Source of the DNA: Podarcis melisellensis
Lineage: Eukaryota
Assembly (NCBI GenBank): GCA_964234715.1
Contig: OZ174275.1
DNA length: 64,000 nt
Direction: 5' to 3' (one strand)
In this document: positions 52,964 to 64,000 of the stretch, piece by piece
How positions within the stretch are numbered: position 1 is the stretch's first letter
Layout of the letters: every line of letters starts with the position of its first letter
Program-made: the position numbers and the translations under genes
The notes under the pieces: generated by a model
What the model saw: only the letters and a program-made list of their open reading frames with translations
What the model was told of the DNA's origin: nothing
Database searches by the model: none

Positions 52964-53930
52964 TAACCCCCCTCTCCAATTCCTATGGGCTGTTCTGGTG
53001 GTTCCCCCTCCCCCCAACAATTTGGGGAGAGTGCAGGAAAAATCACTTCTGCACTAGCAGAAGTCCTTGTGCAGAGCTTCCACCGACAGAGTTCCTTAGA
53101 TGAATCCCATCCAATGTCCCCAATACTATTTAACAACTACGGTACATGCAGCCACTGGGAGCAGCCATTAGGAGATTTGAAGCAAATGGTCACCAATATG
53201 CAGATGACGCAGAGCTCTGTTTCACTGTAACATCTGGGTCAGGCAAGGATGTGAATTTTCTGAACCATTTTCTGAAAATGGAATTTTCTGGCCACAGTAA
53301 TGGAATAAACTGAGAATGACTCCTGGGAAGACAGAAACCCTATACAGTAGATAGGTCTTTCTCATGGTCAAGAAATTAGACGTCTGCTTGTTCTGGGTTG
53401 TTTGCATTTCCTCCACCAGAGTAGGTACATAGTATCCTAGATCAATCTTTGTCAATAGAGACCAAAGTGACTACTGTGGCACATATTGTTCGCTACCAAC
53501 TTTGGTTGGTGTGACAGCGATAGTGGTCCATGGTGTAGCATGTTGTTTGGGGTGCTGCTCTTAAACTTGGTTTGGAAACTGCAGCTTGTGCAGAATATTG
53601 TGGTTGGAGTACTGAGTGTCTAGGTATGTACACCAGTGCTTGGAGATATGCACCAGGTGGCTATCTACTATCGAGCCGAATTCAAAGTTTTATTATTAAC
53701 ATGTAAAGCCCTAAACAACTTGGGACCAGTATACCTAGATGACCACCTCCCCTGTTATAGGCCAAATCATCCTTTACAATAACCAGGCCCTGTTCACTGT
53801 AGGATGGTCAGTGGATTGCCAGCTGGAAACGATTTGGAAACAGGTCTCTTCAGTTATAGCACTAACCCTCTGTCCCCCACAAGAGAGATAGAAGAAGCTC
53901 AATCTCAGTTGTCTACTCAGGCATATTTGG
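52270..53930 (+). mobile_element. Degraded L2/CR1-clade LINE ORF2 (reverse transcriptase) relic, antisense to BRSK2
   Basis: FQSEFRCGFKTELALITLMDD...LLDLSVAFDSVDHSILLDHL (ORF 52591..52806); catalytic YADD at 53197-53208; 3' RAEFKVLLLTCKALNNLGP; many stops and frameshifts; (AAT)n inserted at 52925-52963. Confidence 0.9.
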
Positions 53931-56759
53931 ATGCTTGAGAGCATTATCCGGTTCAGACTTGCTGTTTAAATGATTGTCTTATTAACAATGCATTCATTGC
54001 AATTTGTTGTATTTCGATGTCCTAATTTTTGTAAACCACTTAGGGATTTTGCCAGAAATGTAAAATAAATAGAACACTCAACTCTCCTCCATTTCATAAA
54101 TGATATTGCCATTTGGATAGATGTCCTTTCAATCAGATTTGAGGTGTTACTAGAAGGTCCAGCAGACACATATTTCTAACTTATTTACACCCATACGCAT
54201 TATTCTTTGTGTATCCCTTATAGTCCTTGTATACCTTCCATCTTTGTGAAGTTCTGGTGAATATTATTGATGTATAGAAGGAATATATTAAACTTATAAA
54301 CCCACATTTTAATATATAAAAGGCCACATTTTGTTGCCAGATTTAGCAATGTAGATATTTTTACAATTGATGTTCCCAAGTACATTATCTGGTTATCTGG
54401 ATGTGCATGTAAATCAATGTGCAAGTGACTGCACATAACACATACACAAATGCTGAGAAAGTAAACAGAATTTGTGTGTGTGTTTATATCAATGTGGACA
54501 CATAAATGCTATTAATCTTTAGTTTTCCCAGAAAGGGAAAGGCACTTAGGAGTTTAACGATGAGTATGGACATCACATTGACAATGGGGAAAGAAAGTAG
54601 GGAAATGAGGTTATTTAAACAAAAATAATAATCCCAGAACACAATAAACCCAGCAGCGCAGACATGTGCATTTCCTACAGTACTGAAGCATGTGAACTAC
54701 GGAGCTGCAGCAACCCAGATGTAGAAGAAGCACTGAGGGACAGGGCAACAGATGAGAGACACAGAAAGAAAGAAAGAGAAAGAGAAAGAGAAAGACTATA
54801 AAGACTAGAAGAGAGAGAGATTGAGAGAGAAAAAATGGAGGGAGAGAGGGAGGGAGGGAAAGAAACAGTGGCCTCAGCTACCAAGACAACTGTGTGCATC
54901 TAGAGGGGCAGGATCCTTAAAGATGCAGTATTCCTTTTAAAATAAACCAAGAGTGAGAGAAATATTAAGACATTGACCAGGCACCATTTCAAATGTGTGA
55001 TTTGTTATCCCAACAAGGAAATATTTTGATGGGGTTTTCTTTGTTGCACTTCTTTTCTGCTCCTGCACTTGGACCTATATTTTCTCATCTTCCCATATCC
55101 TTTTCCTCAGTGTACATAAAAAAGACCTAACCCATAAAATTTTAGAAATCCCCCTTTCCCCTTTGTGGATCACACATGCCCCTCCCCTCCATTTTCTTCA
55201 TCCTTTCGTAGATCAGAAAATTGCCACTTTGGGTCAGAGTTAAGATTGTGCTGTTTGTAACTGATTTCTGCAATGGCTTTCAAATCATAATTATTTCTAT
55301 AGGTGGGAGTACAGTGGCCATATATTCGTCTCATACAAAAGGTTATGGAGATTGGTTGATCTTTTCTGTGGATTTGCATTTGCTAAACTATTCTTACAAA
55401 TGGTTTATCTTCAAATTGTGATGCTGCACGTCCTACTTCAACAAACTTTTCTAAGAAATAGTTGAGACTTGTGGTGAGTTGTGATTTGTTTACAAATTGA
55501 GCCATTCCCAAAAATTGTTCAGCTCATGCATACCCACTGTAAAAGTCCATTTGTATTGACTTCAAGATGTGAAATGGAGCCTACTTTTGTCAGTTCTTCC
55601 AGGAAGGACCAGAACTGGAAATGTTACTCCTGTCACTAATAAAATATTGATGCATTTATAGAGGTCTCTGCCTCCTAAGCATTCCATGTGCTTCACAAAC
55701 ACTGTCTCAACAATGCTCAACATATAAAATAGGCCAGCATTACATTTCCCCTGTTACAGAACCAGTTCAAAACTAAGAGAGGCTGCTGTAGCAAAGTGAG
55801 ACTTGTCTGTTTTTCAAAATAAAATAAAAAACATCAGTGCAGGCACCCATTCTGGGGAAATGGTAAGTTGGCTGAGACTTGTGTAACTACAGGAGAAAAA
55901 CGGTTAAGGTGGGTTGAATGATGGTGGGAAGATCTAGTAAAACCTTTTTTTTTTTCCCTTAAGGGAAATGCATCAAAAGCCACTGTCGTGATAAGGAAGG
56001 GGGAAATGGCCAAGGCTGGGCTATCGTCCTGATCTGTCTGGCAAGAACTTTGACAGGGCTAACAAGACGTGGTTAGGTTTTCAGAACCCCATCCCACAAC
56101 CGTCACTCCAGGCTGAGATTTGTATCAAGGCTCTGGCTCCCGCAACAGAGCTTGGGGACTCCCTGACGAGCACTGCACAAGACAGCAGCTCATTATTTTC
56201 CCCCAGCTTGTGAACTTTTTATGAGTTCCTGGCAGCTTGGCTGCAATGCTCTCTTCCTGCAGGCCCTCATAAAAATGAGTGCCTTGTATGCTGCGCCAGA
56301 ATCAGACCATCCATCTGCTGACAGGCAGAGTTCCCTCTATCTGCAGCTTCTAAATGAGAAACCTGCAGGTCCTTTAAAAAGTTTATTTAGTGGACTTTCT
56401 TGGCCTACAAAAGCAGTTTCTAGGCTTAATTTGAGCCAAGGTTCGCAAAAGCTCAGTCCAAGAGCCCATTTTCAATATTATGAATACCAGCTCAAGTGCA
56501 GTGCAGTGGCTAAGCAACTGAGGGCTCACCCACAATTCCACTTGTCCCATGCTTAGAAAGCACAGATCCAAGCAGTTTCCCCCTGCTCCACTTCTTTCCC
56601 AGGAAAACCCCGCTCTTTAGCTCTAAATCAGAACAAACAACAATACATGGAAAACCCAATAGCTATTTGCTCTTATTCAGTGCTAAAGAGTGGTTTTCCC
56701 CAGGGGAAAAGCAGTGGGAAAACAGTGGATAAACAAAAGTGTGGATAACACTAGGAAGC

Positions 56760-57110
56760 AACCAGTTCAAATCTTGCCCCTGCAATGTACTCACTAGTCA
56801 GATCAGAGCCAGTGGGGGTGGGGTGGGTAGAGTGTTGGACTAGAACCTGGAAGCCTTGGGTTCAAATTTTCACTAGACTGGGAAGCCAGTCTCTCAATCT
56901 AATTTACCTCATAGTGGATTATGAGGATTAAATAGGGAAGAATCACATATGAGGAAAGGTGGGATATAATTGTATATATAAATAATAACTCTCTTCTGCT
57001 CTTAGCTCCCAAACTACAAAAATGGATATAGTGAGTTACCGAATAGGGCAACTGTAATGATTACAAGACAATGTATATGGAGCAGTTTGAAAACCTCAAG
57101 TGTTATTCAT
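56760..57110 (+). mobile_element. MIR/Ther1-related SINE relics, probably a Squam3-like copy (~56820-56985) nested in an older MIR-like copy
   Basis: ggtagagtgttggactagaacctggaag..gggttcaaat head and tacctcatagtggattatgaggattaaa core, flanked by a second head (ccagttcaaatcttgccc) and core (aaaatggatata...gtaatgattaca). Confidence 0.5.
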
Positions 57111-58204
57111 AATGCAGTGGCTAGGACTTCTTTCCCACAGTCTGCAGGTTGGGTGTAGACCAATGTGCCTTTGAGTACATGCAGAATATTTTTCTTTGCC
57201 CGTGTGTAACTACAGTGAGACTCCACATACTTAAGTATATGCCATGCTTCCTTACAGATTATATGAGTGTAGTTGCAAAAGGTTCCTAGGTGATAAACTA
57301 GGGGTACAATCCACTACTAGAAAACTCTCATCTATCTCAGTGGGATTAGGACACTATCTGCTGTCTATGTTCGAAAGGAAAGGACTTAAATGGTTCAAAA
57401 CCTAGTTAATGTTCTAGAGCAATGAATAATTGTCCAGATGGTTAGAAAAGAGTAGATTCTATTTTTCAAGTGAATGAACTGGGTGCTGCCTTTGTCAATG
57501 TTAACAAGACAGGAAATATTACACAGTGTTATTACTTTTATGCCTCATTTTTATCATTGTTAAAGGTTTTAAAAATGAAACAACTCAAAAGTAGCAACAA
57601 TGCCTTCAACAGCTGCACCAAAACAACACCAACACAGAGTTTTAGCTGGTGCATTTTGTCATGCAAGGATGAGAAAAGCTGCACCTTTGGAAACTCCATC
57701 TGCTACACCAGTCTTAGCCAACCTGGTGCCCTCCAGATGTTTTGGATAACAACCCCCTTCAGATGCCAAAGGCAGCACTGCACAATTATTAAGCCCGCTT
57801 TCCCATTAACAATCTTGCTCCTATCACTTATGGCAGAGCGCAGCACCTTTTGGCAACTGAACTGTCATGGCTGAGGAGGGCAAGGAAAGTCAGCCTAATC
57901 TTCAAAGTTCAAGATTATTATTAATAATAATAATAGCTAACATATTTTATGTAGTTTGCTTAAGGATCGGGGGCCCTTCTACTGCTGGTTAAATGGTTTA
58001 CCAATACCAAATTTGGCTTCCCCCAGGAGTACCATTGCCTTCCTCCATTTGCCAGCATAGAGGCAAGAAAGATATATGGAGGAAGAGGTGGCTTCATCCC
58101 AGGGATTTTGGGAGATGGAGGAACCCTGGCTTGTCACCACCTGTTCCTTCCTCACTGTAGCTCTCCTGTAAATTAGTTACTGACTCATGGTCACAGAACA
58201 CACT

Positions 58205-58330
58205 AGTGCAACCCCAACCCAGTGCCCTCCAGATATTATTGGACTACAACTCCCATCATCCCTTGTCATCATGGTCAGTAGTCAGGGATAGTCCAGCATC
58301 TGGAAGGTGCCAGGCTGGGGAAGGCTGGAA
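58205..58330. mobile_element. Short hAT-derived squamate repeat (GGACTACAACTCCCATCATCCC family); related copies near 8915-9095, 32170-32270, 49790-49850, 57710-57765
   Basis: Recurrent ccctccagatgtt..ggactacaactcccatc motif at five places in the window. Confidence 0.6.
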
Positions 58331-58490
58331 TAGTGTGCTGATGTGGAGAAAACTAGCTATTGGTCCACCCAAAACTGGGTCTCTTTCTCTCAAGTGCAAG
58401 CAAAATTTTCCCCAGTGAAGAAGGTAAGTACTGCATCTTTAAGGAATAGCAGTGAGGTAAAGGAGAGGAACAGATTGTTGGTGTTTATAC

Positions 58491-58556
58491 CTTTCTTCTT
58501 TGTTGAATTTGGGATTGGCGTCACAGATATCCAGGCTTTTACTGAACATTGTTTTA
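58491..58556 (-). CDS. BRSK2: BRSK2 66-nt cassette exon, (S)KTMFSKSLDICDANPKFNKEE(R)
   Basis: Acceptor ttcctgccatag|T and donor AG|gtataa; symmetric phase 2-2, multiple of 3; resembles the mammalian alternative insert SKAMFSKSLDIAEAHPQFSKEDR (from recollection). Confidence 0.9.
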
Positions 58557-61500
58557 CTATGGCAGGAACAAAGTGAGAAAACAGAGTTACTAATGTGGAC
58601 ATTCATATGAGATTTGCCTGACGCAGTCCCTGAGACCCACCCACCCAAAGTTACCCCACCCATTTTGAAGAAATGCTCTGGAACAGGGATCAGAGCTGTG
58701 TTCCTTTACCAATTGGGTGTCTTGCCCCCGAAAGGTACCAAATTTATGGGTGTACTCAACTTAGATTTGGCTTATACTACACCAATGAAGCAAGTGGGGA
58801 GATTTTGATACTGAATTTGATGATGCAAGCTCAAACCACAACTCTCAAGTTGGTCATGGTGGCATGAGGCAAGATTCATTTTATACAAACCATGTCTCTA
58901 AAACTTCTTGCACATGCCTTCCCCAAACCCAAGTTAGCCGATGAGGAAATGCTGACCCAAAGTAGAATCATAATCCTCACAGAGATTTGTGAGACATGTC
59001 AGAATTCAGCTGAGGCCACCAATATTAAACATGGTCTGAAGAATGCAGATTCAGTTAAGTGGTTCAAAATGGCCTCTGCTATACATACCTCGTTCCCACA
59101 AGTCCCCCCTCCCCCTCCCCCCATGGCCTCAGCTGCAAACAAAGGCCTAAAAGACAGGTCTGGCCTATGGACAGTTGATCTGGACTATACCAGACCCAAA
59201 TGAAAGTTGTCATTCCAGATAATCAGTGTAAAGTACCCACAAGAAAAAGGACACCAGTTTGTTGATGGAACCAACACTCTCAGCTCCCCTTCCAGTTCTT
59301 AATCTGCTCCCTGTACTTCATTCTGTTTGCTTTAAGAGAAACCTAAAAGCCTATTACACCCGTCTTTGGAGGGAGAAAAAAAGAACCTGTTGCAGGAAAA
59401 TGCACCATGAACGTGGCAGCTGCTATGGCATTGATGTATCTTGGGGGAGATGAAAGGCTGAGTTTAAATATGATGAAGAACAATGCACTAAAGTCCCCAG
59501 AATACAAAGAATAAAAGGAAATGATGTTTACAGTAACCAAAACAGCAAATGGAGGAAGCAGGATTTTCAGTAGAGAAGTATTGAAAACCAAGTAGGTTTT
59601 GGGATATTCAACACTGCATTTATCTCTTCCCTCAGTAATAGTGAACAGGGAGGGAAGAGACAGGGAATATATAAAGAGTCAGATACACTGGAAAAAAAAT
59701 GTAAAGCACTGAAGAAGCTAAGTAACACTTTTTCCTTACAGTACATTAGGGTTGGCAACTAGAAGGATTACAATAGGCCAGTCAAACCAGCACAACAGAT
59801 ACCTGTGCACTTTTGAGTCTCAGGCAGCCAGGAAGACAATGCATGGCAACAAAACATTCCAAGCACAGACAGACAGAAAGCAACTGAAGGTAGAGTTATG
59901 CTGGTACATAGCTCCCTCATCCCACCCCTTGGCAGGTTTCGCATGATATTAAATATTCTTCACAAATATGTCAAAGAAAGGATAGAGGTTCTTTCTAAAG
60001 ACCATTAATATTTGTCCTTTCAGCTGCATTAACTATGAACCCCAACTCTTACTTCCCCCAAAAACCTATGCCAAGATTTTGTGTGGTTTTGTTCCACAAA
60101 CCTTGGGTTTTGTACCACCACCTGCAGTGTATTGACACATCAAAGGCTCCTAGGTAAGGATGCTGAGAATTATCTGCTATAAATCCTGTTAGAACCACAA
60201 TTTCCAAACTGTTTTAGGAAAGGAAATTAGTGCTGGACCACTTATGTCTATAGTGAACATACACCTTGAGAATGTTGTTCTTAAGGGCAGATGGAACTCT
60301 AACAAAAATTACCTTTCAAATGCTACTTGGAGCATAATACTATGCTGAAAGCCTTACAAAGTTTGCCTCTTGGTTGGATGTACTTGGGTTTTATTATTGA
60401 TGGTACTGACAGTCTTCCTGTCAGATGGTCACCATCTCCAAACACCTTTGTTGTTAATGAACAGTCCATGTTCTGAATAAGTACACTGCCAGTAGTCTAT
60501 GCTGTATGCCTTTGCAATCTGAAGGTGAGGTGGCTTATCTGATTTACCAAAGTACAGTCAAAAAATAAAAATTCATTCTATGTCTGTTCCATTTCCCTGT
60601 TCACAATCACACATTGGTACCTTCCTTTAGCAGCTATGGCCTAGCAATCAACTATATGAGCAAAAGCGCAGATGTTGTGTTTGGCATGCATTCTGACTCA
60701 CAAAAATATGGACACATCCTTTGCTGTGTGGCACAACCTTTTGTATAAAGTTTATCAGTTTCTACTAAAGCAGTGTTCATGCTCCCCATCCCCTGGCAAC
60801 ATTCAAATAAATAAAAGCACACACTCTCATTTGGCGAGAGACAAAGCTGTGTAATATTTGCACTTTCCTGAGAATCTGCTATGCAACTGCCATCCCAAGG
60901 TGAGAGATAGCAGGAATTGTGCAAGCTACTTTGATGTATCAGGATTAAGGCAAGATCTTAGAATCAGGAAATAACATTCTTCCTAATTTGGGTTTTCTTT
61001 CTTAGTTGGCTAGTCCTAGCAAATTCTACCCAGACAAGTGCCTGATGTAAAGAACTGGAATGCAAAACAGCATGGTAACTATCTGCAGGTGAGTTTCTGA
61101 TATTATCACAAGCTGTCTCCATCATTCTGTTCCCGAAGAGCTTCATTGTTAGGTAAGCAAAATTCTCAGCACCCAAAATGGACTTTTAGAGTTGAGACAA
61201 GGGAGCCTATGTAATCAATGGTGATAGCTCATTATTGTAGCAGTTTAGCCTCACCATGCTTACACTTGCTTCTTAGCCTGTCATCTCTGTTCAAATTGGC
61301 CTCAACCACTACATCAGGATACATTTACCAAATTACCATTTCACTACTTACTTTTCAGGCATCCTGTTGCTGCATATCTCAGACCAAAAATTGTACAGTG
61401 CACAGCTATGTACCCCCAGCAATCAAATTTGGTTAGTCTTGGCAAATTGCTCTTTGCACACACTAGAGGTTTAACTGCACTGGACTACAGGCCCTCTTGT

Positions 61501-61751
61501 GTTTTCTACTTGGCGACTGGACATCAGCTAAAGTTGGGGAGGATAACTGCTAACAACTGAGGCACAGGTCTGTGTTGGAAAAAATTAAATTAAGCTAGAT
61601 GCACAGAGTTCTTTAGTACATTTCTATATAGTTTTAACACACATGGGGATTTCCTTTCCTTTCATTTCATCAATCTTTAGACTTTCAGTCCCATTCAAAA
61701 TATAACCAGAAGACCCCAAAGAAGTTCACTGAGCTTGTGCCTTCTGCGAAC

Positions 61752-61790
<39 letters not shown>

Positions 61791-61791
61791 T
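61752..61791. repeat. (TTTA)n microsatellite
   Basis: Direct reading. Confidence 0.95.
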
Positions 61792-62235
61792 GGCCGTCTG
61801 CTGCTCACTGCAACACCATGGCTGCCATGTTTCTTCAGACAGAGATCGGAAATAATTGATTTTCACGTAAGAAACATGCACACATTTTTGGATGAGACCA
61901 GAGGCTATGGTGACACTTTTTATTTAGCTAAGATGTTTATCTTTAGCCTATGCAAGCTTCTATTGCTAATTATTCCTACCCCCACCCCCCGCACCGCTCT
62001 GAAATGCTGGATGCAAAGGAGTAAAAAAGTATACATATAATTTTTTTAAAAAAGCAACAGTAACTAGAGTAATTAAGTAATTAAGTAATCTTCCTTACAG
62101 ATTTCTGCACAGGCTACTGTGAGAAAACCTAGACTGATGCTCCGTCACCTGGATAAACATAATGGTGCCAGCTGAGATGGCTTCTGAAACTCTGATGGCA
62201 CAGACTTCCTGACTTTTGGCTTTGGGGACCACCTA

Positions 62236-62754
<519 letters not shown>

Positions 62755-63128
62755 TTAAAATAAATTACAGCTTAAGGTGGGTAAGCTGGAATGATAAGAA
62801 TGCTCACTTCACTCCTCCACACTGCTCTTGCCTTGCTGCTGGGAACAAACCAGAGTCTGTTTAAGTCTGAACCCAGGCTTGTGATTTGTTTCTCTCCAAA
62901 CAAACCATGCTCAGAAACCATGGTTTGCTCTTGGCTTATTGACTGTAGCTTGTTTGGAGGAAGCAATGAGTCCTGGTTCAGGCATCATAGTAAGCCAGAC
63001 CCTGGCTTGCTTCCCAGTAGCACAGCAGAAGTGGGAGATGTACAAAGCAAGCTTGCTGCTCACTTGCATTAAGCCATAGTTAATTTTTTATCTCTGGTTT
63101 AGCTTTACGTGCTAACCAGGCCAATGTG

Positions 63129-63205
63129 GCAGTCACTGAAATGGAGATTACAATATTCCAGACAAATAGCAGCAGTCACTGAAATGGAGACTACAATATT
63201 CCAGA
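63129..63205. repeat. Local tandem duplication, 34-bp unit, period 43
   Basis: gcagtcactgaaatggagattacaatattccaga at 63129-63162 and 63172-63205, one mismatch. Confidence 0.9.
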
Positions 63206-64000
63206 TGTAGAGACATTTTAGGCAAGAAGGTTTTATATTTGCCTGTAAGCAGCTACTTAAAAGTTAAATGAAGGCATCTTAGAAGGGCAAGCAAGATAGA
63301 GCCTAAGCTTGCAGTATTAAAGTAACATTTACTGCCAATGGGTCTTGACATTTACTGGAGGATACTGTATAGGAATCTGCCACTTTTAGCCTATGCAACA
63401 CTCAGGAATGGTCCAACAGTGTTCTGCTCCAGTTCTCCAACAACTTGCCTTTTCAATATGTTGTATGTGCCTTTTCAATATGTTGCATGTGTGCTGATGA
63501 GTTTGTTCTTGACAGTAGGGTTGCTAGAGCAGTTTTAAAAAGAAGAAATGCTGCTTTCTATTCTCATAAATCTGCAGTGGCCTGTATAGAGAGATATCTG
63601 TGTGCTTTGTGCAACTGTGGAATAATGTCAGACTACATTACAGGAGAAATTTTGGTTCAATAGAGACGAAGAAAACATACTTCTGAGAGAAGGGAACCAC
63701 ACACATGCACAGGGTCAAAAAGAGGAAAGTTAAGAAAAGAAAAGAACAACAGACTACCAGAGCTGAATCATTCATTTAGCATCAGCTAGAATTCCAAAGC
63801 CTGAACTATTGCTCTAAGGTTTCTCAAACTTGCCCATGTGCACCTAGACAGATGAACACTTATTCTGCATGGCATGCATCTTTGAAATAAGTAACATCTC
63901 CAAGCAACTATTATTACACCATCACTACTTCCCTGATCCTTTCCTCTCATCTCTTTGTTTGAGGCCACAGTTAATGGCTAATGATGAGATATTCATCAGA

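Noticed and set aside
59803-59818. CACAG|gtatct donor behind a pyrimidine-rich tract
   Set aside because: Available acceptors are weak (GAG, AAG) and give 16 or 7 nt, neither frame-preserving
63129-63489. Short direct repeats (34-bp and 22-bp units) superficially like a repeat-spacer array
   Set aside because: Only two copies each, in a vertebrate intron; ordinary local tandem duplications, not CRISPR

Overview
Vertebrate genomic DNA, most likely from a lacertid-type lizard (it carries Sauria-SINE fragments and squamate-type MITEs, CR1 and L2 relics). Almost the whole window is the 3' half of BRSK2 (SAD-A kinase) on the minus strand. Eight core exons of 151/61/208/49/124/181/90/48 nt have GT-AG boundaries and consistent phases, and encode the Ser/Pro-rich linker, autoinhibitory segment and KA1 domain. 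There is also a 66-nt cassette exon, three alternative last-exon acceptors and a ~2.4 kb 3'UTR ending near an AATAAA at 1544-1549. The kinase and UBA exons lie beyond the right edge. The most interesting signal is a dense alternative-splicing architecture: (i) a 405-nt in-frame upstream extension of the PHPSPRGSP exon adding 135 Pro-rich residues, preceded by a 230-nt AG-free zone; (ii) a 216-nt AG-free zone with a YCAY cluster before the long last exon; (iii) candidate 12-nt in-frame microexons; (iv) a strong donor inside the long last exon that would read the GIIPKS exon in a second frame. Introns hold several intact short DNA-transposon MITEs with TSDs. No prokaryote-type system, RNA gene or CRISPR array is supported. 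Exon numbers follow my recollection of the human gene and are approximate.
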